A stretch of DNA of 64,000 nucleotides from positions 62,380 through 126,379 of the IMG/VR virus record IMGVR_UViG_3300025137_000018. One strand, given 5' to 3'. Within the stretch, counting starts at the first letter, position 1. Every line of letters starts with the position of its first letter. Shown here piece after piece: positions 25,976-33,726 of this stretch. This DNA is from a virus. A model generated the notes under the pieces. That model was not told where the DNA came from, ran no database searches, and saw only the letters and a list, made by a program, of their open reading frames with translations. Position numbers and translations under genes: made by a program.

Positions 25976-27813
25976 TGAAACTAATAACCAGTATTTGGAC
26001 AACCATAATACTGTCACTTATTCTTATAGGTATAAGAATAATTGATCCTAGCTTTGTTCAGCAGTTAAGATTAAACACTTTTGATCAATATATTTCTACC
26101 ATTCCAGAAAAGAAATCAGATATAGTTCTACTGAATATAGGAGAAGAATCCTTAGGTTTATTAGGACAATATCCATTCCCTCGTCAAACTTACGCACAAT
26201 TAATATCTGATTTAAGGAATGCTAATGCAGGATTAATTGGATTTACTTTAATGTTTCCAGAGGCTGATAGATTCGGTGGAGACGAAGTGTTTGCTTCTTG
26301 GGTAAATGATAATGGTATTATCTTATCTCAGGATGCAGATGAAAATGGAAGAAGTACTAAAGCACCCTATGTTGGTTCAGTAACATTTGGTACAGGTGAT
26401 CCATTAGATTGGGCTATAAGATATAAAGGATTAGTTACAAATATAACTGAAATAGAACAAGGTGCATGGGGTACTGGATTAATAAATGGCATGCCAGAAG
26501 TCGATGGATTAGTGCGTAGAATACCTTTGTTAAGTCAAATTAATAAGGAACTATACCCATCGTTTGCACTAGAACTTCTTAGAGTATCTAATGAACGATT
26601 ATCTTATACTGTAAAAGTTAATGATGTAGGTATAGAAGAAATAATTATTAGGCCATTTAGAATTACTACAGATCCTAATGGATCATTCTGGATTAACCAT
26701 AATTATACCTTTACGGAAATAGAGGTCGGGACCAAGCTACCTGATCTTCAGGGCCAAACAGTTCTAATTGGACTGACAGCGAAGGGATTAGCGGCCCAGA
26801 TTCCAACTCCTGCTGGTCTTCAATCAGCTCATCATATTCAGGCTGCGTCCATCCAGTCAATAATGGATGAAATATCGATATCTCGTCCTCTCTGGGCGGA
26901 TTTAATTGAAATCCTGGTAATGCTAATTGCCTCGGGACTCTTAATCTATATTGTGTATTACCGTTCGATTCGTTCATCAGCCATAATCTTCGTTGGGATT
27001 GCGATCTCGACCGGAGCTTCTGTTGCATACGTCTGGAATGAATGGGGAATTCTCCTTGATATTAGTTACTTTTCACTATTATATATAATAGTATTCTCAT
27101 CAGCAAGTTTTAATAATTTTTATAAACAATATATGTTAAGGCAACAGATAAAGAAACAGTTTGAGACCTATTTAGATCCTAAACAAGTATACCTATTACA
27201 GAAAAATCCAGGTTTATTAAAGCTTGGTGGAGAGCGAAAACAGATGTCGTTTCTTTTTATGGATATTGTAGGCTTTACTCCTATATCAGAACACTATAAG
27301 AACAATGATGATCCAGAAGGATTAGTAGAATTAATTAATGAATTTCTTAATGCAATGACAAATATTATTCTTGCAAATGGTGGTACTATTGACAAATATA
27401 TGGGGGACTGTATAATGGCATTTTGGAATGCTCCATTACCCTGTGAAAATCACGCTGAAATGGCAGTTAAATCAGCGATAGAAATAGAGACTAAAACAAA
27501 TGAACTTAAAGAGTTATATTCTGCCAGGGGTTTGCCTGACATTAATGTTGGTACTGGCGTTAACACCGGTGATTGTATTGTTGGTAACATGGGTAGTGAA
27601 TCCAGATTTGACTACTCGGTTATTGGAGATGCAGTCAATCTTGCCGCGAGGCTTGAGGCTACCGCTGCAAGGCATGAATATATAGAATATAAAACCATCA
27701 TTTCTGAGGATACTTACAGCAGGTTACCCTCTAGCCTAAAATGCACAAAAATTGGCCAAATAACTGTAAAAGGTAAAAAAGACCTTATAACCATATATTC
27801 TCCTTCGTTATAA
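25975..27813 (+). CDS. CHASE2-domain membrane adenylate cyclase (class III)
   Basis: N-terminal TM; CHASE2 motifs (LGQYPFPR, DGLVRRIPL, YPSFALE); three TMs; FMDIVGFT, DKYMGD, GNMGS..RFDYSVIGDAVNLAARLE, VKGK. Confidence 0.95.
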   Translation: MKLITSIWTTIILSLILIGIRIIDPSFVQQLRLNTFDQYISTIPEKKSDIVLLNIGEESLGLLGQYPFPRQTYAQLISDLRNANAGLIGFTLMFPEADRFGGDEVFASWVNDNGIILSQDADENGRSTKAPYVGSVTFGTGDPLDWAIRYKGLVTNITEIEQGAWGTGLINGMPEVDGLVRRIPLLSQINKELYPSFALELLRVSNERLSYTVKVNDVGIEEIIIRPFRITTDPNGSFWINHNYTFTEIEVGTKLPDLQGQTVLIGLTAKGLAAQIPTPAGLQSAHHIQAASIQSIMDEISISRPLWADLIEILVMLIASGLLIYIVYYRSIRSSAIIFVGIAISTGASVAYVWNEWGILLDISYFSLLYIIVFSSASFNNFYKQYMLRQQIKKQFETYLDPKQVYLLQKNPGLLKLGGERKQMSFLFMDIVGFTPISEHYKNNDDPEGLVELINEFLNAMTNIILANGGTIDKYMGDCIMAFWNAPLPCENHAEMAVKSAIEIETKTNELKELYSARGLPDINVGTGVNTGDCIVGNMGSESRFDYSVIGDAVNLAARLEATAARHEYIEYKTIISEDTYSRLPSSLKCTKIGQITVKGKKDLITIYSPSL

Positions 27814-27841
27814 CCTTATAACTAAAAAGTATAAAAAACAC

Positions 27842-27870
27842 TGTACATTTGGATCCAGCCATGATAGAAT
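27842..27870 (+). promoter_or_regulatory. phage early promoter
   Basis: AAAAAACAC-TGTACA-N17-TAGAAT with TG extension. Confidence 0.75.
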
Positions 27871-27898
27871 ATACCTATATTAACCAATCAGGAAATTT

Positions 27899-28318
27899 AT
27901 GATTTATTTAGAGATTAATGGTCAAATAAAGAATAAAAAGGCGATATATGTCTACCTAGAAAATCTATCTAGGTCGTTAAATATACACAGATTAAGATCT
28001 AAAGCGATTTTCGTCAGGTTTAGTAAAGAGCTCGACGATGGTAACCAGGGTAATTGCTGGGGTGATCGTAAAGAAGGATATATAACTATTAATATAGCCA
28101 AAACCTGTGAAGGAGAACCTTACTCAACGGCCGAGGTGATGCAAACTCTAGCACATGAGATGGTTCATGCCAAACAATATTTACGAGGGGAACTGGACGG
28201 CTACAGTGGATCTTGGAAGGGTCGTAAGCCACGTAACTATAAGTACCTTAATCAACCATGGGAAATAGAAGCTTATGGAAGAGAAGAATATCTATTTGGT
28301 ACATGTTGGTCACATTAA
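27899..28318 (+). CDS. HExxH zincin-like metallopeptidase
   Basis: TLAHEMVHAKQY and Y..QPWEIEAY. Confidence 0.8.
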   Translation: MIYLEINGQIKNKKAIYVYLENLSRSLNIHRLRSKAIFVRFSKELDDGNQGNCWGDRKEGYITINIAKTCEGEPYSTAEVMQTLAHEMVHAKQYLRGELDGYSGSWKGRKPRNYKYLNQPWEIEAYGREEYLFGTCWSH

Positions 28319-28352
28319 TTGCAAAATAAATGCAAATAAATGCAGAAAACAC

Positions 28353-28382
28353 TGTACATTCAACCAAAAACTATGGTATAAT
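28353..28382 (+). promoter_or_regulatory. phage early promoter
   Basis: TGTACA-N18-TATAAT preceded by A-rich TGCAAATAAA-type tandem units. Confidence 0.8.
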
Positions 28383-28415
28383 ATACATATAAATTAATCA
28401 AACAAGGAATATATT

Positions 28416-28628
28416 ATGAAAATCATCGCTCAAAGAACATCACCAGTAACAGGTAAAGATAACCAAATGGTAATATTTGCCACTAATGAGCAGTTAATTG
28501 CTTGGCACGAGGGCATGCTTATTCAGGACGCAATGCCTGAAGCGACAGTGGATCAGAGAGAGTTTCTGATCTCTGGCTGTACACCACAGTGCTGGGCCTC
28601 AATGTTCGGACCTGAGGACGATTCATAA
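28416..28628 (+). CDS. small early protein
   Basis: G.LIQDAMP....DQREFLISG.TP motif seen in phage early proteins. Confidence 0.75.
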   Translation: MKIIAQRTSPVTGKDNQMVIFATNEQLIAWHEGMLIQDAMPEATVDQREFLISGCTPQCWASMFGPEDDS

Positions 28629-28843
28629 TGGCTATGTCAATGGCTTACTGCGACTACATCGCACATACTATAATCAAACCTGGTCTCGATAAAGATTCTT
28701 CTCACTCTAATGGATTACTTGTTAATGTAGATAGAGTAAAGATGGATCTACACAAGGAAGGTTGGATGCAAACTACCACAAAAACTATTGAATGCTCAGA
28801 CATCCATGGCAAAAGCTATAGGATTACTGTAGAAGAAATTTAA
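28628..28843 (+). CDS. small early hypothetical protein
   Basis: 71 aa, coupled to the previous ORF. Confidence 0.65.
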   Translation: MAMSMAYCDYIAHTIIKPGLDKDSSHSNGLLVNVDRVKMDLHKEGWMQTTTKTIECSDIHGKSYRITVEEI

Positions 28844-28862
28844 AAATAAATGCAGAAAACAC

Positions 28863-28891
28863 TGTACATTTGGTTAAAGACCTGGTACAAT
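28863..28891 (+). promoter_or_regulatory. phage early promoter
   Basis: ATAAATGCAGAAAACAC-TGTACA-N17-TACAAT. Confidence 0.8.
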
Positions 28892-28928
28892 ATACATATA
28901 AAATAAAACTTGATAAGGAAACTACATT

Positions 28929-29201
28929 ATGAAAAAATCAATTATTAACGCAATAGATTCAATCGAAACAAGTTCAGAAATGAATGAAGTTATTGAATTA
29001 ATCAAAATTAAACAGAAACAATTACGTGCAGTAAAGGCACTTAATGTTAAAAACAGTATTAGTGTTGGATCACCAGTACTTGTAAACTCAAGGTCAGGTA
29101 CCGAAGAAGGTACTGTTACTAAAATCAAACGTACTAAAGCAGTTGTTGAAATCAACGGCCGTCTTTGGAACTGTCCTCTATCAATCTTAAAAGCAGTATA
29201 A
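28929..29201 (+). CDS. small early protein with SH3/KOW-like C-terminus
   Basis: SVGSPV.V...GTVTKIKRTKAVV...W..P; AAGGA RBS. Confidence 0.7.
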   Translation: MKKSIINAIDSIETSSEMNEVIELIKIKQKQLRAVKALNVKNSISVGSPVLVNSRSGTEEGTVTKIKRTKAVVEINGRLWNCPLSILKAV

Positions 29202-29212
29202 GGAATAATATA

Positions 29213-29521
29213 ATGACAGACACTAACAGAATTGCACTTATTAAAGCTGCAGCAGAAAAGGCTCGAGAAAAAAGAGAAATGAAGCGTGTAATACACACAA
29301 TGGATCTTCGTAAAGCTAAGATTAAAGCTGAAACAAAAGCAGCTATGAGGTTGCATAAAAAGCTCACCAAGCAAGTATTAAAAGCTGGTGATAAAGCACC
29401 GTCATCCTTTGAATGTAATAAACCAGAAAATATGTATTACTCTGATACAGATACTCAAGCATTTATTGCTGGATCTACTATAATGGATGCATATAACGAA
29501 GGTAAAAATGACTGGGACTAA
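29213..29521 (+). CDS. basic early hypothetical protein
   Basis: AAGGA RBS before ATG 29213. Confidence 0.65.
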   Translation: MTDTNRIALIKAAAEKAREKREMKRVIHTMDLRKAKIKAETKAAMRLHKKLTKQVLKAGDKAPSSFECNKPENMYYSDTDTQAFIAGSTIMDAYNEGKNDWD

Positions 29522-29666
29522 TAGAACAATACAAAGAGCTATAGCTCTTAGAACAGCTCGAGATAAAGCACAAAATCCAGAGTTTAAACAACTCTGGGAT
29601 CAGAAATTAAGAGAGTTAATAAGGCTAGCAGAATTAGGAAGGAGTTCACATGACACAGTACACTGA
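29508..29666 (+). CDS. small hypothetical protein (not in ORF track)
   Basis: 52 aa MTGTNRTIQRAIAL...AQNPEFKQLWDQKL. Confidence 0.55.
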   Translation: MTGTNRTIQRAIALRTARDKAQNPEFKQLWDQKLRELIRLAELGRSSHDTVH

Positions 29667-29868
29667 TGCAGTAGAGTACCAAAGACGTAAAATGGCAGTT
29701 GAAAAATGGTCAGGTCAAGTTGAGTACATTTTAGGACAAGATGGATATGTTGAAAAGGCATATAACTCAGGATTGGTTACACGTGAATATCGTGATGGTA
29801 CTTTTGAAGTAGTAACAGAGGAAAAGCCAATGTCAGAGTTACTTATTGAAGCACCAGGAAATGTATAA
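29650..29868 (+). CDS. small hypothetical protein
   Basis: 72 aa, AGGAG RBS. Confidence 0.65.
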   Translation: MTQYTDAVEYQRRKMAVEKWSGQVEYILGQDGYVEKAYNSGLVTREYRDGTFEVVTEEKPMSELLIEAPGNV

Positions 29869-30176
29869 TGGCAGTAACTAATTTTTATGCAGGATCACTT
29901 AGGTATGGACCTAACGGCAAAAAGCGTAAGACCAAATCTATGTCTAAACCTAAGATAAAAACAATGGCCGACTTTGATTGGTCAACACCAAAACAAAATT
30001 CAGCAGTAAGGCAAACAACACACTATCCTTCTGCACCATTAACTCCAGTAAACAGTAAGGTAGAAGACCAAAGCTGGAAGCTCGAAGAGAGTAAGAAATT
30101 CACAGTCGCACCAGCATATAATAAAGGTGCATATCAAGTCATACCAAAGGGTGACGTTAAACATATAGGGAAATAA
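29868..30176 (+). CDS. phage hypothetical protein
   Basis: C-terminal TVAPAYNKGAYQVI motif. Confidence 0.7.
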   Translation: MAVTNFYAGSLRYGPNGKKRKTKSMSKPKIKTMADFDWSTPKQNSAVRQTTHYPSAPLTPVNSKVEDQSWKLEESKKFTVAPAYNKGAYQVIPKGDVKHIGK

Positions 30177-30177
30177 A

Positions 30178-30381
30178 ATGGAAATAGTATTATCAATAAT
30201 AGGATTATTTGTTTTTGTTTACTTGTGCACAGGTGCTATTTTATTAGTTCAAGACTCAGAAACAAGACATAGTATTCGTAAAGAATTAAAAAATAAATAC
30301 CCAGATTTATCTAGAGATCAAATAAGGGTATTATCATATATAAAATTAAAAGAAACGTTGGAGAAGCAAAATGAAAAATGA
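30178..30381 (+). CDS. small membrane protein
   Basis: N-terminal TM. Confidence 0.6.
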   Translation: MEIVLSIIGLFVFVYLCTGAILLVQDSETRHSIRKELKNKYPDLSRDQIRVLSYIKLKETLEKQNEK

Positions 30382-30604
30382 ATACATGCTATTAAGTTCT
30401 TATCGTGGCGATGGAAAGTTTAAAAACCGTAAAGTAGAAGTTTTACGAACCGTTGGATCTAAACATAATTTTGGTATTAGAATGTATATTAACGATAATG
30501 CATTAGGAATAGAATGGTTTAATGGGCATAACGAAGCGTATGCAGAAAGCGCTGCTGAAAATTATGTTCTAGGTATTAAGGACTATAAGCGATTAGGTGA
30601 ATAA
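30371..30604 (+). CDS. small hypothetical protein
   Basis: YAESAAENYVLG motif. Confidence 0.65.
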   Translation: MKNEYMLLSSYRGDGKFKNRKVEVLRTVGSKHNFGIRMYINDNALGIEWFNGHNEAYAESAAENYVLGIKDYKRLGE

Positions 30605-30608
30605 ACAC

Positions 30609-30637
30609 TGTACATTATATTTAAACTATGGTATAAT
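30609..30637 (+). promoter_or_regulatory. phage early/middle promoter
   Basis: AAACAC-TGTACA-N17-TATAAT. Confidence 0.8.
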
Positions 30638-30665
30638 GGTTATATTATTACAAAAGGAGTATTAA

Positions 30666-31832
30666 ATGGCAAAAGCTAAGCGTAGAGGACCTTCATTAGA
30701 AGATAAGCATTTAGGTAGTGAACCTAGTTATCATGGTGTTGAGTTTAAAACTAAAGAAGAGTTAAGGACTGCTTATCATAAAGCATCTAACTATTTTAAC
30801 TATTTTAATAATGCAAAAACTAATGCACCTGCAGTAATACTATATGCTGAAAAGACACTAGGATTTTCAAAGAAAGATATTCAAGCACTTAAAAAGGTAG
30901 AAAACTGGAAACTCAATCAAGGCATTGGTAATATTATACGATGTATTAATTCAGGATTACCATTAGATAAATTTACTGATGGCAATACAGTTAATGATAA
31001 AATTCAAGAAAGGCTAAATGAACTTCTTAAAGAAGGTAAAAAACTAGTTGCTATTCAGAAAGCTGAGCCTCCTAAAGTTATTATATCACCTGCAGAAAGA
31101 ATGAGAACAAAAATCTCACAAACTATTATGGGTGATTTTGATGAGATGGTTGTAGATAAATGGATGGATGGAGAGTTCGATAATATTAAATTCCCTGCAT
31201 ATAGTTTATTAGCCACACACAAAATTAAAGGTGCAGGAATAAAAATATTTAGAGAAAAAATGCAGTTTGAACTTGACTGTATTAGTGATGCATATAATAA
31301 AACATGCGAACAGGCCGAGGAAGCTTATTCACATATCACTAAAGGTAATAAGAAGAAAATGATTACCTTGCTCGAAAAGACTATTGACGATATTGATAGA
31401 CTTAAGGCTAATAATAAAACAATTAAAGTACCTAGGGCTAAAAAGCCAAAGGCGTCTGATCAACAAGTTGCAAAGCTTAAGTTTAAATCAGATGACATTG
31501 AATATAAGTGCACATCTATTAATCCAATAATGATACCAGGTAAAAATACCTTATATGTATTTAACACTAAGACAAGAGCTCTAGCAATGTACATAACCGA
31601 TTCGCCTAAAGGATTTGAAGTTAAGGGTACATCTATTAAGAATTTTAATCCCGCACTAAGTAAGCAGACAAAACTTAGAAAACCAGATGAGGTATTACCT
31701 CTTATTATAAACAAAACAATCATTCAGTCAATGAAAGTATGGGATACTTTTACTACAGTGATTAAAGAACCTAATGGTAGAATTAATGATGATTGCATAT
31801 TACTTAAGGTGGGAGACATCAATATACAATGA
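30666..31832 (+). CDS. hypothetical protein upstream of gp33
   Basis: 388 aa; EAYSH, FNTKTR, VKGTSI..F, LRKP, NGRIN motifs seen in T4-like phages. Confidence 0.75.
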   Translation: MAKAKRRGPSLEDKHLGSEPSYHGVEFKTKEELRTAYHKASNYFNYFNNAKTNAPAVILYAEKTLGFSKKDIQALKKVENWKLNQGIGNIIRCINSGLPLDKFTDGNTVNDKIQERLNELLKEGKKLVAIQKAEPPKVIISPAERMRTKISQTIMGDFDEMVVDKWMDGEFDNIKFPAYSLLATHKIKGAGIKIFREKMQFELDCISDAYNKTCEQAEEAYSHITKGNKKKMITLLEKTIDDIDRLKANNKTIKVPRAKKPKASDQQVAKLKFKSDDIEYKCTSINPIMIPGKNTLYVFNTKTRALAMYITDSPKGFEVKGTSIKNFNPALSKQTKLRKPDEVLPLIINKTIIQSMKVWDTFTTVIKEPNGRINDDCILLKVGDINIQ

Positions 31833-32068
31833 TTGATCTTGAACAGAAAATAATGACTAAAAAACGATTCACTACAGCAGTTGAAATGTTAGTCGCAAAA
31901 AACAATATGAGTTATATAGACGCTATGACTTATGTAATAGAAGAAAGAGGGATGGATTATAGTAATATTAAGAGATTACTAAGTGATGCACTTAAGGCCA
32001 AATTAGAGGCCGAAGCATCAGGTTTAAACCTTATTGAAGCGGAGAAAGGAAATAAACTACCTATCTAG
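31829..32068 (+). CDS. gp33: late transcription coactivator gp33
   Basis: F...VE......MSYIDA......LK.KLEAEA..LNL...KLPI; gp33-gp59-gp32 synteny. Confidence 0.88.
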   Translation: MIDLEQKIMTKKRFTTAVEMLVAKNNMSYIDAMTYVIEERGMDYSNIKRLLSDALKAKLEAEASGLNLIEAEKGNKLPI

Positions 32069-32069
32069 A

Positions 32070-32678
32070 ATGAATGATCCATATGATGTTTATAAGTTAT
32101 ATCAGTCTTTAAAGTTACACTTTGAGACAGACGGCTATGATGCCATAAAGTATAATTTTAAAACATCTGTTAAACCTCAATCATTTTTTAAACGAAGAGA
32201 TAAATTCTTCTTTGCCAAATTAGGTAAACACTACGGTAAAGATATCACTGAATACCTCATTGCAAACTTTGTTAATGACGTATCATACGTTGGTGATATG
32301 ATTAATACCGATGGTGAAAGGAACTACCTTGAGCATAAAAGAATAAAAGAATCACTGCATCGTGTGTTTTCAATTGATATAAATATACTTGCAGAATACT
32401 CAGAGAGCAATGATTTAACCTTTGATGATTTATTAATCGTTAAAGAACATAATCAACCACCTCTGATTATAAAGCTTTGGATGCAAGAAGAGATATCGTT
32501 ACAAACGGTAGCTATTCTTAATTCCTTAACTGGGTTTATGCAAGGTGCCCAAAAGAGTATAACAGAAACCATTTCATGGCCTGGTATATTCCGAAAGGTT
32601 ACCAAGTATCAACCCTTCGTAAAGTACGACCCTGATAAATGTACAAAATTAATCAGAAAGTCCTTTACAAAATCATAG
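32070..32678 (+). CDS. gp59: helicase loader gp59
   Basis: Y..Y.SLKLHF...YD..KY, SF.KRRDKFFF.KL; synteny. Confidence 0.9.
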   Translation: MNDPYDVYKLYQSLKLHFETDGYDAIKYNFKTSVKPQSFFKRRDKFFFAKLGKHYGKDITEYLIANFVNDVSYVGDMINTDGERNYLEHKRIKESLHRVFSIDINILAEYSESNDLTFDDLLIVKEHNQPPLIIKLWMQEEISLQTVAILNSLTGFMQGAQKSITETISWPGIFRKVTKYQPFVKYDPDKCTKLIRKSFTKS

Positions 32679-32692
32679 AAATATGATATAAT
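32664..32692 (+). promoter_or_regulatory. promoter for gene 32
   Basis: TTTACA-N17-TATAAT with TG extension. Confidence 0.7.
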
Positions 32693-32768
32693 AGATATAT
32701 ATTATGAATAAAGTGGATAAAATAGAAAAGGTCTTAGACCTTAATACAACGCAATACGGAGAAATACA

Positions 32769-33674
32769 ATGTCATTTGCAAACTTAAAGAGCTCACGAGG
32801 CTCGTCAATCGACAAACTCGTTAAAGCAGCTGAAGCTGTGTCATCACCAAAGTCAGAATCAAAGGGTTACGGCGACGATAGATTTTGGGCACCCCAAAGG
32901 GATAAAGCAGGTAATGGTTATGCCGTTATCCGATTCCTACCTCAGAAAGAGGGAGAGGATTTACCTTGGGTACGATATTGGGATCATGGCTTTAAAGGCC
33001 CTACTGGTCTCTGGTATATCGAAAATTCTTTAACTTCTGTTGGTCAGCAAGATCCAGTTTCTGAAATGAATTCAGAACTGTGGAATACTGGTCGAGATGA
33101 AGATAAAGCTACCGCTCGTGATAGAAAAAGACGTTTACATTATGTGTCAAACATTATGGTCGTGTCTGATCCATCTAACCCAGAAAATGAAGGAAAAGTA
33201 TTCCTTTATAAATTTGGTAAGAAAATCTTTGATAAGATTATGGATGTTATGCAACCACAATTTGAAGATGAGCAACCAGTAAATCCATATGATTTCTGGG
33301 AAGGTGCGGATTTTAAAATTAAAATTCGTAAAGTAGAAGGTTGGGTAAACTATGATAAGTCAGAGTTTGCATCACCAGCTGCACTACACGGTGGAGATGA
33401 AGGAATGCTAGAGGATGTATACGGACAGTTACATTCATTAGGTGATTTCCTTGATGTTAAGAACTATAAAACATACGATGAGCTAAAAGGCAAGTTGAAT
33501 AAAGTTCTTGGGATTACTGCCGGAGCAACTGCTGAATCCTATATGGAAACAGCGCCATCAGTTACAACAAATGAGTTTGTACCTGAGGCTCCAGCCACTG
33601 AAGCACCTACAGCAGAAGCGTCTTCTGATGATGAAGATACACTCAGCTATTTTGCTAAATTGGCAAATTCATAA
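32769..33674 (+). CDS. gp32: single-stranded DNA-binding protein gp32
   Basis: DDRFW...DKAGNGYAVIRFLP, HGFKGPTG.WYIENSLT, FLYKFGKKIFDKI, NYDKSEF, acidic tail. Confidence 0.97.
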   Translation: MSFANLKSSRGSSIDKLVKAAEAVSSPKSESKGYGDDRFWAPQRDKAGNGYAVIRFLPQKEGEDLPWVRYWDHGFKGPTGLWYIENSLTSVGQQDPVSEMNSELWNTGRDEDKATARDRKRRLHYVSNIMVVSDPSNPENEGKVFLYKFGKKIFDKIMDVMQPQFEDEQPVNPYDFWEGADFKIKIRKVEGWVNYDKSEFASPAALHGGDEGMLEDVYGQLHSLGDFLDVKNYKTYDELKGKLNKVLGITAGATAESYMETAPSVTTNEFVPEAPATEAPTAEASSDDEDTLSYFAKLANS

Positions 33675-33699
33675 AAAGATTCCTTAAGGGAACATTTTT

Positions 33700-33724
33700 A
33701 GGGACCCTAGGGGTCCCTTTTTTT
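33700..33724 (+). terminator. intrinsic terminator between convergent genes
   Basis: AGGGACCC-TAG-GGGTCCCT hairpin followed by a T run. Confidence 0.9.
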
Positions 33725-33726
33725 GT

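Noticed and set aside
20177-27813. Host contamination or chimeric assembly of the curli island
   Set aside because: It has a T4 late promoter, the same AT-rich codon style and tight packing continuous with phage genes; read-level confirmation is still advisable
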